A stretch of 64,000 nucleotides of DNA from Octopus sinensis (GCF_006345805.1 NC_043021.1:5890001-5954000), one strand, 5' to 3'. Shown: positions 23,801 to 38,270, counted from the first letter of the stretch. Notes: a model not told the origin generated them from the letters alone. A program made the numbers and translations.

Positions 23801-26800
23801 GAAATCACAAGAGGTAAAGATCTTTTTCTGAGGTAAACTCAGCAATAGCGATTTTGATTTGTCACAAGAATAATTCAAGATGATTTAAGAAAAATGTTTG
23901 GGGTAATAGGGAGGAGAATGCCAAGAGCACAATTGGATTGGAGTGAATGCTGTGGTCAGTGGAGCAGACTGGGCATCAGACAGCTTGGCTGATCCAAGGG
24001 ATTCAGGTGATATAAATAATTTAGGAGTTATAAATGGTGTTTCATCTATGGTAGGGACTCAAAAATAATTTTTGTTTTGATAACAAGAAACAATTGCATA
24101 ACCATCAACTAGAATCTAATAATTTAATAATGGGGTCATCTTATTCACCAACAAAATGTCTAAGATAAGAAATGTATTAACTTTACAAAAAAGTTAAAGA
24201 ATCAAATTATGAAGAATTTAATCCTTTAGCATTTAAACAGACCATATATATCTGGCCAAAATATTCTTCCTGTTCTATGTTCAGGCTGGCCAGATTCAGC
24301 TTCTCACATCTACCCTGCAAAGTTAGTCTAAAAATAAATGCTCACATAATCAAAATCACAAATCTCAAAGATGATGAATGATAAATTCAAAACAAAGTGA
24401 ACAAATAAGAATTACATTTGACAAGGTAATAATCTGAATACTAGGGGGTTGAGGAAATCCTTTGGAGCCTGTTCACAGAATGTAGGGGGAGGGGTATTCT
24501 CTGGCAAAGCAAAGGAAACATGCTCAGTCGCTTCCATACGGTGAAAGAGGAAGTCAAATTCTTTATGGATGTTAAAAGAATTGAATAATCAAAACTAGTT
24601 ATGTATTTTGTCATTTTTAGCTGATATTTCTAGCTATTTAAATGATCCAAGAATGGTGATTGGGTTTTGGAATTCAGACTAACAAAACAAGGGCAGAAAA
24701 TATGTAAAAGAAAGCATACAAACCTCCAAGAGCGCCCCATCCGGCAGCAATGCACTTCTTACCATCATAAACCTTATTAGAGGGTGGTAAAGGTGATGAT
24801 TTTATACAGTTAGAGAAGGTGACAGGACTTTCCAGACGGATTATAGCGACATCGTTACCTGAAAATATCAACCAATTATTATTATTCCTTTTATTTGTCA
24901 CAAGGGTGAAAAAATGAATACAACATTATAAGGACAAATTACAAAAGAGATGTGGTTTTATGTAGGATCATTTATGGAAAAAAAAACAAACTGATATGAA
25001 AACAAAAACATACAAGAGGTATGAAATGAGATATTTTAATATGGAATAACCACTAAAGGCAGTCAAGAAACTATATAGGAGGGGGAGCTGAAAAATTCCT
25101 GGCTTTAAGAGTATTGCAAAAGGCCTGCTTGGAAGCCCAACTTTCCGAGTTCTTTTAGAGGACTTAGAAAAACTGAAGGACCACTGCAATAAATCTGTGA
25201 ATCTGAGAGGGGAATATGTTGAATAAAATCATAATTCACTGATCCTCCTGTATTTTCTTTTACCTAAAACCAGGAACTTTTCAGAACCCCCTTATAGATC
25301 CAGGATTATGCTGACTACCAAAAATCAAGCACCCTCACCTAATTGCACATTCCTGCCTATATGTATATGTAGAAAATAGGCCCATTCCCCCCCAGTCAAG
25401 CTCACCACTCTTCCCTGTTATTTAGTTAATACACTGGATGGCAGAACCTCCCACCTTGAAAAAGTCAATATGGGTTTCACTGAAAAGGAAAGTATCTGTT
25501 CCCAGTCCTTTCACAATGGTCATGAGACACAGGAAAACTTCCTTCCCTTCCTGGCAAAGGAATGCAGCTGGACATTCATATGATGAACACAGCTATTAGC
25601 CAAATCCATTCTGAATACAATAATATAAGGTTGTCCCAAAAGTTCGTAGAAAGTCTTGGAAAATAATGGTCTTTATTTTGAGGAATAATTTTTGTTGTTT
25701 TTGTTAGTACTTGGCGAGTAAAAGTTCAATTTTCGCAAGTGTTTATGAACTTTTGGGACAACCTAATAGCAGTTCAATTCAACTCCATAAATTTACAATG
25801 CTAGAACGCTAAATAAGAGTACACAGAACAGTTTCATTGCTTCATTTCACTGCATATTGGATAAGTGTGGCAGGTAGCATTTTCGTACCTGCACAGTTTA
25901 TCATGCGATGTCAGTCCTTACCAAATTCTCCATAATTCAAAGACACTGAAAGAGACTGCTGAGTTGAGCTACATCAATTTCTCAGAACATTGTTGCTTCT
26001 GCTCATCCTAACCTTCTAAAGTCTACAGGTGTTGATGCTTCACCAGCTGCACTTCCTTACTGGCAGAGACTGCTTGATAATATTCACAAAACCAGACACC
26101 AAACATCAAACCTTGGGCTTTCGTTTCGTTAACCCTAAAACTGCAGCTCTTTCAAAGATAAGAGCTATGGGAGGCAAATTTGATAATAGATTGTTATAGC
26201 TGTTCAACTTCAACAGTAGTAACAACAATCAAAGGATGAACAGTAAAGCTGACCTCAGTGGGATTTGGAACTCCAAATGTAAGGAACATAACTAACTGCA
26301 GCAAAGCATCCTGTTTTGCACTTACCTGAGTCTTCTGCCCTATATATATCATCATCATCATTATCATTTGACGTCTGCTTTCCATGCTGGCATGGGTTAG
26401 ACGATTTGACTGGAGCTGATGAGCCAGAGAACTGCACCAGGTTCCAGTCTGATTTGGCATGGTTTCTACAGCTGGATGCCCTTCCTAATGCCAACCACTC
26501 CAGGAGTGTAATGGGTGTTTTTACATGCCACCGACACAGCTCCTGTCAAACCATCCGACTCATGCCAGCATGGGAGGCAGATGTTAAATGATGATGATGA
26601 TGATGATGATGATGATTGAAGAAATGAAAATAAGAATCTACATCTACTTACGCATGGGGGTATCGGTGAAGCGAGGATGCATAGCCCATGATTCAGCATT
26701 GATGGTCAAAACTGAAGGGTGCTCTACATCAATATCTCCAATTCGAGCTCTAATTGTGTGTGTTCCTTTGGCACTGTTTCAAGAAATCAAAATGAAAACA

Positions 26801-27037
26801 AAAAAATAGATACAGACAACACAAATGAAACTAAAATTGAATGGTATTAACCACATAATGCCTAAAACCCACAATTTTCTTGCAATCCCCCAAAAATGCA
26901 ACTTCTTTGTTCCAGCCCAGCCAATGGACTGAGGTGTGATAGTTAACTTCGAGGAAGAAATTTTCCTATTATGCAAACTGTCAAGTTTTGCCAAAACACC
27001 CTGTATCATTGAATACTCCTCCTCCTCCTCCTCCTCC

Positions 27038-27072
<35 letters not shown>

Positions 27073-27250
27073 GTCATCATCATCGTCATCATCATCGTCA
27101 TCATCATCGTCATCATCATCGTCATCATCATCGTCATCATCATCATCATCGCCATCATCATTGTCATCATCATCGTCATCATCGTCATCATCATCGTCAT
27201 CATCATCGTCATCGTCATCGTCGTCATCATCATCGTCATCATCATCATCG

Positions 27251-27302
<52 letters not shown>

Positions 27303-28027
27303 CCTCACCACCTTCAATATTTAACTTCTGTTCTCCATGTTTACATGGGCTGCACAGCATGATAGAAACTGATGAGGCCAGGGCCACACCAGGCTCCATA
27401 CTCTGTTTCCATAGTCTTGGTTACTATGGTTGAATGCCCTTCCTAACGCCTACTCTTTTGTGGAAGGCAGGTCTTCTCAAGTACAGCAATGTGCTACATA
27501 TCTCAGTTCTCTGTCTGTCGTCTCCTTCATAAGGTTCGGTGTTTTGTGGTCAGCTTTCAAAACTTTGTCCAATGTCCTCCTGGGTTTCCCTCTTCTACAA
27601 CTTCCCTTCACTTTAAATGATCACCAAAAATTACATTAATCAATGAGTAATATTATTTTAGATATTTTTCCAACTATGTGAGATAACCCAAGATTGCTTT
27701 TTGATCTTATTATTATAGTCTCATTAGTGAAGAGTACATTTCACCATACATACTAATACAACACTGACATGGTCACTATGTAAATGTACTGTTATTGTAC
27801 ACTAATTAGCTTAGAAATTAAAATTGCTTAAAGCAATATATTTTAACCCTCTTCTTTAGTTCATCTACCGTTAAAAGAAAGTTTAGCATTTAATTTCCCT
27901 CCACCATACTGTAGAAAGAAATAATTTATCTTGTGTACAACACAACTGTTACATAATATGAACAGTTGTCCAGTGGTGCTAGCAGAGTAACAAATACAAA
28001 CACAAAGACATACTCATAGTCATGTAT

Positions 28028-28075
<48 letters not shown>

Positions 28076-28753
28076 ATATTCTTTTGTGCATTTCAGCCCA
28101 ATGGTTGTTGCCATATAAGGAGATTGGTTTCCACACAGTTCCCATCCACCAATTCATTCACAAGTCATTGGTCAGGACCATAGTAGAGGGCATTTGCCCA
28201 AGGTGTCCCGCAGTGGGATTGAACCCAAAACTGCGTGGCTGCAAAGTGAGTTCCTTAACCACACAGCCTTGTCTAGGGGTGAGTTACATTTTAGAGGTAT
28301 CTTCATTGATATAACAACAACAAAAAAAAAACCCCAGAGGTATAAGGGTGAGAAATTTGCTTTTAGAATCACTACCAAGAATATTACATTTAAGAACATA
28401 GAAACATTAAGAGGCAGAATACATACAAGCAATGTGAAGCAGTTAGGATATGTCTGTTGCTCAAAAGTGTGCCACCACAGGCAAAAGAGCCATCATTGGT
28501 ATCAAAGAGCAGATGGACAATTGATGGGAACTGACAAGCCTTGGCTGGTTTGCCAGCAACGATTTGTTCTTCGCCAGCTGCAATAAATAAATGAATAAAT
28601 ATAAGTAATAAATATACAAATAAATGAAGAAATATAAATAATAAATTTGTAGATGTATGCATTATAACATACATATATACATACATACATACATACATAC
28701 ATACATACATACATACATGCACACATGCATACATACATACATGTATACATACG

Positions 28754-28813
<60 letters not shown>

Positions 28814-28893
28814 ATATATATAAATATTAGGGAATATTATCCAAACGTACAGGGAAAAATTCAATTTAGAAATACTAGATCAAATTTCACAAA

Positions 28894-28951
<58 letters not shown>

Positions 28952-29802
28952 AATTAGAAAAAAAATATATATAATATGTGTATATTATATATATATATAA
29001 ATTAGAAATATATATATATATACTCTTTTACTCTTTTACTTGTTTCAGTCATTTGACTGTGGCCATGCTGGAGCACCGCCTTTAGTCGAGCAAATCGACT
29101 CTGGGACTTATTCTTTGTAAGCCCAGTACTTATTCTATCGGTCTCTTTTGCCGAACCGCTAAGTGACGGGGACGTAAATACACCAGCATCGGTTGTCAAG
29201 CAATACTAGGGGGACAAACACAGACACACAAACACACACATACATATATATACATATATGTGACAGGCTCCTTTCAGTTTCCGTCTACGAAATCCACTCA
29301 CAAGGCATTGGTCGGCCCGGGGCTATAGCAGAAGACACTTGCCCAAGATGCCACGCAGTGGGACTGAACCCGGAACCATGTGGTTGGTTAGCAAGCTACT
29401 TACCAAACAGCCACTATATAATATGTGTATATTATATATATATACATAATATATACACATATATGCGATATACATTATAGACATATAACCATTCATATCA
29501 TATTTTTAAAAAGCTTAAAATAACTTTGTTGATAGCTTTAAAACATATTGATACAACAGGTAATTCAAGAACAAAGAGGTGCAAATTGCTGGCCGTGAAG
29601 GTGGGAGCATAAAACATAAAAGTGAGAAGACAAAAAGTAATGAGCCTATTAGTTTAGGGTATTAAAGGGGTTCAACGTCTCTGTGTTGAGTTTTGTAATA
29701 TACTGCTTCTGGGTGAATCAACAGAAATTAATGTGTGTGTGTGTGTTTCTCGGTGCTTGCATGTGTGTGTGCTTGTGTGTTTGTATGTGTATGTAATATA
29801 CG

Positions 29803-29839
<37 letters not shown>

Positions 29840-30239
29840 ACAAAGGGTAAAATTAATTAAGAAGTAATCAGTAATTTCACCAAGTAGAATTCGGCATGAA
29901 AAAGGAACCATTTCATGGTAAGCTTAAGTAATACTTTATAATTACGGTTCAGCAAAGATTTGCTTCACCACATACCGAAGTTTAGAAATAGCAGTCAAAA
30001 AACCTTAGCTATTTCTTCTACTTTAAAAGCGACTCCTTTTAAACTCTGGTATGTGGTGAAGCAAATCTTTGCTGAACCCTAATTATAAAGTGTATATATA
30101 TATATATATATACACACATTTATATTTGTATATATAAATGTGTGTGTGTGTGTGTGTTGTAAGAAGTTTGCTTCCAAACTTTATAGTTCTGGGTTCAATA
30201 CCGCTGTTTGGCACAACAGGCAAGTGTCTTTTACTGTTG

Positions 30240-30293
<54 letters not shown>

Positions 30294-30397
30294 GTGATGA
30301 TGGTGATGATAGTTTTGATGGAATAAAGTTTAGTGCTTGATTTACCATTGGTGTAAGCCAGCGCCAAAGTGAGAAGGAAGCAGACTGAGGAAAGCAT
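20685..30397 (-). CDS. Secreted chymotrypsin-like serine protease (peptidase S1A), gene A, 6 coding exons, 255 aa
   Basis: Exons 30397-30346, 28577-28427, 26773-26652, 24858-24724, 22624-22476 and 20843-20685 are all GT-AG and total 768 nt in frame. The protein has a signal peptide [18 protein letters not shown], then GEEQ|IVAG, CGGTLL..LTASHC (His57), NDVAII (Asp102), AAGWG, STCMGDSGGP (Ser195, Ser189) and GITSFG. Confidence 0.93.
20990..21210. mobile_element. piggyBac-type MITE
   Basis: TTAA|CCCTTTAGCATT..CACTAAAGGG|TTAA. Relatives are at about 24220-24450, 33826-34593, 45843-46062 and 46370-46816. Confidence 0.75.
22476..22624 (-). CDS. Gene A exon 5
   Basis: TTGTAG| (E)[49 protein letters not shown]|GTGAGT; 149 nt. 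Confidence 0.92.
24724..24858 (-). CDS. Gene A exon 4 (catalytic Asp)
   Basis: TTTCAG| (R)[45 protein letters not shown]|GTTTGT; 135 nt. Confidence 0.92.
25076..25294. mobile_element. mariner-derived MITE
   Basis: TIRs GAGGGGGAGCTGAAAAATTCCTGG / CCAGGAACTTTTCAGAACCCCCTT with TA flanks. Confidence 0.6.
25627..25768. mobile_element. Short Tc1/mariner-type MITE
   Basis: TIRs AGGTTGTCCCAAAAGTTC / GAACTTTTGGGACAACCT with TA flanks. Confidence 0.65.
26652..26773 (-). CDS. Gene A exon 3
   Basis: AAACAG| (F)[41 protein letters not shown]|GTAAGT; 122 nt; phases fit both neighbouring exons. Confidence 0.9.
27016..27312. repeat. (TCC)n/(TCA)n/(TCG)n microsatellite in gene A intron 2
   Basis: Seen directly; it is the source of the poly-Asp, poly-Ser and poly-His pseudo-ORFs. 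Confidence 0.95.
28427..28577 (-). CDS. Gene A exon 2 (propeptide, IVAG N-terminus, catalytic His)
   Basis: TTGCAG| (A)[51 protein letters not shown]|GTATGT; 151 nt. Confidence 0.93.
30346..30397 (-). CDS. Gene A exon 1 (signal peptide)
   Basis: ATG...[17 protein letters not shown] followed by G|GTAAAT, a phase 1 donor. A TATA box and Inr-like motif lie upstream. Confidence 0.85.
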
Positions 30398-30414
30398 TTT
30401 GACAGAGACTGGAC

Positions 30415-30452
30415 AACTGAGATGCCAAACACAGTCCGCAACGGTATTTATA
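30415..30452 (-). promoter_or_regulatory. Core promoter of gene A: TATA box plus Inr
   Basis: On the minus strand, TATAAATA (30452-30445) is followed about 32 nt later by TCAGTT (30420-30415, matching the Inr consensus TCAKTY), which lies about 20 nt before the ATG. Confidence 0.65.
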
Positions 30453-30661
30453 GAGCCTGAAGCTTCCGTGGAACAATGGGAGAAACAGCAGCTGTGGTAG
30501 AAAGAGCTGCTCTAGGAGCAGCACAGCAGCCGCAGTAGTAGTATTTGTAGTAGTGGTGGTGGTGGTGGTGGTGGTGGTGGTGGTGGTGGTGGTGGTGGTG
30601 GTGGTTGGTAGTAGTAGTAGTAGTAGTAGCAGAAGAAGCAGCAGCAGAAGCAGTATTAGTA

Positions 30662-30715
<54 letters not shown>

Positions 30716-31169
30716 TTATATATAGGATAAAAAATATAATAATATGCATATATACATACATATATGTACATACCTACATATATATATATATATGCATATA
30801 TATATATATGTACATACCTACATACAATATATATATATATGTATGTATGTATGTATGCAAATATGTATACATATATATCTCTTTGTGTATGTGTGTGTTT
30901 GTGCTCGCATGCGCTTGTGTATGTGCACAGTTACATCTGAATGATTAAAAAGTTCACATTTACAGTTATGAGAATCGAGGTTCAATTCCAGTGTATGACA
31001 TCTTGAGTGTCTTTTAACACAGCCTCAAGTCAACACAAGCCTTAAGAATGACATTGGTTACACGGAAACTGTAGGGAAGACTGAGAGATGGCTTGTACCA
31101 GTAATTGAAGGACCAGCCTTATCATACCTGGGTCACTTTGATTTGGCCTAAAGATTACAGTAAAGGTTC

Positions 31170-31217
<48 letters not shown>

Positions 31218-31623
31218 CATCATCATCATCATCATCATCATTTAGCGTCCGTTTTCCATGCTAGCATGGGTTGGACGGTTTAACTGGGGTCTGTGAAGCC
31301 GGAAGGCTTCATCAGGCCCAGTCAGATTTGGCAGTGTTTCTACGGCTGGATGCCCTTCCTAACGCCAACCACTCCGCGAGTGTAGTGGGTGTTTTATATA
31401 TAGTGGGTGTTTTATATATAGTTTTATATATAGTGGGTGTTTTATATATAGGCGTAGGAATGGCCGTGTGGTAAGTAGCTTGCTTACCAACTACCTGGTT
31501 CCGGGTTCAGTCCCACTGCGTGGTACCTTGGGAAAAGTGTGTTCTACTATAGCCTCGGGCCGACCAAAGCCTTGTGAGTGGATTTGGTAGATGGAAACCG
31601 AAAAGAAGGCCATCGTGTATATG

Positions 31624-31654
<31 letters not shown>

Positions 31655-33825
31655 GTGTGTGTATATGTTTGTGTGTTTCTCCTCCCAACATCGCCTGACA
31701 ACCGATGCTGATGTGTTTACGTCCCCGTCACTTGGTGGTTCGGCAAAAGAGACCGATAGAATAAGTACTAGGCTTACAAAGAATAAGTCCTAGGGTCGAT
31801 TTGCTCGACTAAAGGCAGTGCTCCAGCATGGCCACAGTCACGTGACTGAAACAAGTAAAAGAGTAAAAGAATATATAGATAGAAAGACAGACAGACAGAT
31901 AGGTAGATAGATAGATATAGGTATAAAGATATAGATCGTCGTCGTCATCATCATCGGCATGAATTGGACAGTTTGAGAGAAGCTGGTAATGCTAGGGGCT
32001 GCATCAAGCTCTGCTGTCTGCTCTGGCATAGTTTCTATGGCTGGATTCCCCGCTTAATGCCAACTACTCCACAGTGTTCTTGAGCACTGCATTCAGTTCC
32101 TCTTATGCCTCACTTTTCTCTCAATGCACTAGCATTGTCGTACATCTGTCGCACATCTGTTGTACATCTGTCATACATTGTACACTGACACTGTACAGCC
32201 AGCAGAACATACCAGCCTCATTCCTCTCTAGTCTTCACATATTTTCTGCATTCAGGGCTCACATCTCACTACCATATAGCATTGCTGTTCGCATACATGG
32301 ATCATACAATCTTCTTTTCACCCTTTCTGTACTACCAGCCCTTGCTCTTTCTTGTCTGAACTGCTTCTATTACACTGTGCAACAAAATTTTCATTTTCAT
32401 TTTTTTTTGTCTTTGGTCAGTAAATGTTATTTCCTATTTGTTTCTGTCTAGAAATCAAAGGAAATGACCATCATTGCATTCAAACTTTGATTTTCTGACT
32501 TGGACACCAATGTTTTGAAACTGACTTATTTTCCATTACATGTCAGATAGATTTAGTGCTGAGATGCAGAAGCAGAAATATCATTATAACAAACATTCTG
32601 CTCAATAGCACAGATTTGCTTGTCAATTGCTTGACCTTAACCACTTGAGCAAGTCCCTTGGTGACTGACAATATGTGCATCGCTGATCATGAGTTGGCGT
32701 AGTGGGAGATCATCATAAACTGTATTGAGAGGGATTTTTTGGGTTTGAATAAATATTAGAAAAGCAATGTTTGAAGGGAATATTAGCCATTTTTCATACT
32801 TTCTATAGATAAACAAATAGGAAATAACAGTTGCTACCCAAGGGCAAAAATCGTGTTACACAGTGTTATCACTCATCACCTAACCTTACCTCTGGCCACC
32901 TCTGCTATTGCCCTTCCCAACCCATCTCGATAACCCTGCCTTTCTCATAAATACTCTTGCACCTTTCCCCCATCCAATATGGTCCTTTTTCATCTGCCCC
33001 TCCTTAGTCATCTGAGCAAATGTACACACCCTAGTTCTTGAGTAGTCTTGACACTTACACTTACCTCACTCACCAACCCATTTCTGGCTCTCTTTTTTAT
33101 TCCTCAACTCACTCCACACAAATTACAAAGTACTCTCTACGTTTACTGTGTACGAGGCAAGCCCAATTCCAAGTTTGCTGTAAGAATCGAAAACCTCATG
33201 ACCCCACTACACTCACTGTGAGTGATGAACAAGACAACCTCTCTGGTGTTACTGCCACAGAAATGTACCCTGTTCACATTGTAAAGTGGTTAACAATAAA
33301 ACAATGAGCTATAGAAACGAAGGCGTAGGAGTGGCTGTGTAGTCCCGGGTTCAGTCCCACTGCGTGGCACCTTGGGTAAGTGTCTTCTACTATAGCCTCG
33401 GGCCGACCAAAGCCTTGTGAATGGATTTGGTAGACGGAAACTGAAAGAAGCCCGTTGTATGTATATATATATATATATGTATGTACGTGTTTGTGTGTCT
33501 GTCTTTGTCCCCCCAACATCACTTGACAACCGATGGTGGTGTGTTTACGTCCCCGTAACTTAGCGGTTCGGCAAAAAAAAAAGAGACCGATAGAATAAGT
33601 ACTAGGCTTACAAAGAATAAGTCCTGGGGGTCGATTTGCTCGACTAAAGGTGGTGCTCCAGCATGGCCGCAGTCACATGACTGAAACAAGTAAAAAGAGT
33701 AAAGAGTAAAGAGAGAAAGCCAAATGATATGCATGAGCATCAGTCCATCAAAGCAGTGGCTGCCGATGAGGATTGACTCAAACCACAACAACTAATCCAG
33801 TCTGTGTCAGCCCTGGAAGAGTTAA

Positions 33826-34593
33826 CCCTTTAATATTCAAACGGGCCATATCCGGCCAAAATAGCTAATCTGTTTTATGTTCAAACTGACCAGATCCAGG
33901 CCCTCACATCTTCTCTACAATGATATTCTACATTAAACCTTTCGTTACTGTATTTATTTTGAGATGCTCTGTGTTTCTTTCAATTATTTTAAATATAACA
34001 AAGAATTTAGTAAAATAACTTAGTTATCATTAAGCTAGTGTTAGGAACATAAATTGTGACTAAGGTTTGGTGGAAGATTTTAATTCAAAACTTATGAAAA
34101 TAAGACATTTGTACTCAGAGCCAGCGGTGGTTCAGCCGGGTTGGTATCGAAAGGGTTAAACACACCTCTACATTTGGGCTGATGCACATTAGAAGCAGTT
34201 GGAAGGGTGCAGATTGAAGGAAATTTAGGCTATTATTTCTGCTGGTTATTTTTCTTCTTAACCCTTTCGTTACTGTATTTATTTTGAGATGCTCTGTGTT
34301 TCTTTCAATTAATTTTAAATGATAAAGAATTTAGTAAAATAACTTAGTTATCACTCAGCTAGTGTTAGGAACATAAATTGTGACTAAGGTTTACTGGAAG
34401 ATTTTAATTCAAAACTTATGAAAACAAGACATTTGTATTACAGAGCCTGAGCCAGTTTTGGCCGGGTTGGTAACAAAAGGGTTAAGTAATTACACCATCA
34501 AGATCTTGGAGATATGAGAAAATGCATGATTAATTCAAGTCAATGGGAATCAATAGGCATTATGTTTGGTTGAATAATCTGAACACTAAAGGG
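33826..34593. mobile_element. piggyBac-type MITE carrying two nested MITEs of a second TTAA family (about 33938-34155 and 34262-34481)
   Basis: Each element has CC(C)TT..AAGGG ends flanked by TTAA or TTAA-like sites. Confidence 0.7.
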
Positions 34594-35955
34594 TTAAATG
34601 ATGACCTTTCTTTTATCTTTTACTTGTTTCAATCAGTAGACTGTGGCCATTCTGGGGCACCTGTTTGAGGAATTTTTAGGCAAATGAATCAACCGTGGTA
34701 CTTATTTTTTTAAAGCCTGTTACTTATTCTATCGATCTCTTTTGCCAAACTGCTAAGTTACAAGGAAGTAAATACACCTATATCGGTTGTCAAGTGATGG
34801 CGGGAGACAAGCACAAGCACAAACAATCACACAGACACACACATATACACATGCATTCACATACACACACACAACGGGCTTCTACCAAGTCCACTCACAA
34901 GGTTTTGGTTGGCCCAGGGTTATAGTAGAAGACACTTTCCCAAAGTAGGACTGAACCTGGAACCATGTTGTTGGGAAGTAAGCTTCTTACCACACAGCTA
35001 CACCTGATGATGATGATAATGATGATGTGTGTGTGTGTGTGTGTGGTGTGCAAAGAACCCAGTCCCACAATATCTGTCTTCTTTTTCAAGATGACACGAT
35101 GTGATTTGAGGGATATTTGGCTATTATTTCCAGCACTGTCAACAACCTTATAGAGGCTCCCTCATTGCCTCATGTCTGTGAGTATGTGTGTGAGGGATTG
35201 ATGTGTTTTGTTCTGCCTTGTGAACGGTGCTTGCAAATAAGATTTCTTTGAAAGATCTTGTTTCATTTACATACACAACAATTAGTCAATCAATACAACC
35301 AAACACCTCACGCCTCTCCCACACTAAAAATATAAAGAAATCAAGGAATATCATTCTTTGCAATTGCATTTGTCAGCTAAGCATTTTCCCATAGTCACAT
35401 TTATACTTCTATTATTGCGTATTATTTTAGAATTATCTGCGCTTTTCCTTTCTAACCATTTTTCTGTATAAACTATTGATTGACTGAATCAGCAGACAAA
35501 AAAGAAGCTAAAATCACTGGAATATAATCCTCAATACACATCTGGTACTTAACTGATTTACTCCCCACCAATCTTGACATTATGAACAACAAAATTGCCT
35601 ACCTCTGCATGTATATGATAGATGGATAGATAAGTAGATAGACAGTGAGATACATACATATTTCCTTATTGCCCACAAAGGGGCTAAACATAGAGGGGAC
35701 AAACAAGGACAAACAAAGGGTTTAAGTCGATTACATCGACCCCAGTGCGTAACTGGTGCTTAATTTATTGACCCCGAAAGGATGAAAGGCAAAGTCGACC
35801 TCGGTGGAATTTGAACTCAGAATGTAAAGACTGACGAAATATCGCTAAGCATTTTGCCCAGTGTGCTAATGATTCTGCCAGCTCGGCGCCTTTACATACA
35901 TACATACATGTATGCATGCATACATACATGTATGCATGCATACATACATGCATAG

Positions 35956-35994
<39 letters not shown>

Positions 35995-36004
35995 GGGTCA
36001 TTTA

Positions 36005-36730
36005 GAAAATATCTAGAGAGAGTATTTATTAGGTTGCAGATAGGGATAGCACAGGGTGTCCACAATTCAAACTAGTTGACTATACAGACCACAAATTTGT
36101 GATCTGCTCAGTTGGATGAGGTAGGACAAGTAGACAAGGACCTGGTTACTGGAAGCTGAATGCATCCTTACTAGCACACAAAGACAACATGGACCAGATT
36201 AGGGAACTAGTTAAGCAGCAGTTAACAGGGGCAGTCATCAACAACCAGTGGCAGGACATCTTGAAGAGGGCAATTAGAGTTGAGGCAATAGTGTTTAACA
36301 AAGTGCTAGAAATAGAAAGACATAGATTAGAGGGAGAACTAGTTAACAACTTAGCAGAAGTGATTAGTGAAGTCATTGAAACCAACATGCCAGCGGCAAG
36401 AATGGCCACTGACTGTTTCTTCAAGGCAAAATACAAATGCTGTCTCATCAGAGCTAAGGCCCAACTGCTCAAACATGGAGGGAACTGAAGCTATCTGATA
36501 CACCTGAATGGTGGGGGGACATGATGTGGAAACAAAACCACTGCTTGGTTCCAAGCAGATGTGTGCAGCTTTCCAGCAGCACTTCACATGACTGTTTGGG
36601 GATGGCCATAGGTTGGCAATGATAGGGGACTTTAATTCGTACCTCAACAGCCTGCCACAGCAACAGATGCAAGGTTTTGCAAAAAGCCAATAATGGCCAG
36701 TGACAAACGGAAGATGATGAGTCACAAGTC
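36005..36730 (+). mobile_element. L1/Tx1-clade ORF2 fragment (end of APE endonuclease and linker)
   Basis: YLERVF..YTDHKFVIC..PGYWKLNASLL..DQIRELVKQQL..LIRAKAQLLKHG, with frameshifts and stops. Confidence 0.72.
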
Positions 36731-38062
36731 ACAAATTACTCAGCGTGAATGGTCTGCTCTATGAAGTCTATGAGTTAATTCCAGATTTGTTTGGTGGTCT
36801 CTTTGTTTATGTTCCTTTGTTCATGTCTACAAAACAGAATATTCACTGTGTTAGTTGAGTGAAATAGCATTCTTACCCTACACTGAAAATTCTGAAGAAA
36901 TCAAAATGTACCATTCTTTACAACCACATTTGTCAGCTAAACATTTTCCCAGAGTTACTTGCATAGTTCTTTTGTCACCTTTCAAGAATATCGCAAGTAT
37001 TTTTTCCTTTCTCACCTTTTCTATATAAACTATTGATTTCTTGAATTAGCACGCTGTCAAAGACAAGAAAGAATGAGGCCATAGTCACTTGAATAAAATG
37101 TTCCTTTGTGTATAGCTGGTATTCTTTTGAGGAACTATCTTTTGACGCAAATATAATATCAACCCAGGTGAGATTTTAACTCTGAGCATAAACAGATCAC
37201 AAAGACTAAATTTTTGTGTGTGCTTGATTGCTAACATAGACAGGTATGTGTAGGTTTGTGTGTGTCTGTGGGTGTGTGAATGTGTGCAAGAATAAGGGTG
37301 TAGTGGTCTGGGATAGCATGGGAGGATGATGTGTAGGTGTAATCATATTGTATGAGAGGAAGGTGCAGAAAGGAAAAGGGTGTGGCAGGTGCTAGAGTGA
37401 GGCAAAAGGAAAGGTAAGAGGAATGTGGTATTTATGAAGAAAACCCTGATATTAAAAAAAGTATAAATAGTTAAAAGGTATTAAAATATATATATAAAAA
37501 GTAGTGAAGTGAAAACACTGGGGAAAAGTCTTGGGGTTATGTAACAGGTGCAATATCTTAAGAAAGCAATAAAAGAAGGAGAAAAAAAAGGGATAAGAGA
37601 AGGTTGTTGAACTGGGTACTGACAGAGAAACAAAAAGGGAAAACAGAAGGGAAATATATAGGTGCAGGTATGGTTGTGTGGTAAGAAGCTTGCTTCCAAC
37701 AACATGGTCCCGAGTTCAGTCCCAGTGTGTGGCACTTTGGGCAAGTGTCTTCTGCTATAAGCCTTGGGGCAACCAAAGCCTTGTGAGTGGATTTGGTAGA
37801 CAGAAACTGAAAGAAGCCTGTTTTGTGTGTGTGTGTGTATGTGTGTGTGTGTGTGTGTGTGTTGTGTGTGTGTGTGGTGTGTGTGTGTGTGTGTGTGTGT
37901 GTCTTTTGTCTGTGTTTGTCCCCCATCACTGCTTGACTGATGTTGATGAGTTTATGTCCCTGTAACTTGGTGGTTCAGCATTTGCTCAAGGTGCCGCACA
38001 CTGGGAAATGTTGAGAAGCATTTTGCCCAGTATGCTAATGATTGTGCCAGCTCACTGCTCTG

Positions 38063-38148
<86 letters not shown>

Positions 38149-38215
38149 GATGATGATGACGATGACGATGACGATGATGACGACGACGATGATGACGATG
38201 ATGATAATAATGATG

Positions 38216-38270
<55 letters not shown>

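Noticed and set aside
26779-27433. Poly-Asp, poly-Ser and poly-His ORFs
   Set aside because: This is an intronic trinucleotide microsatellite within gene A intron 2.
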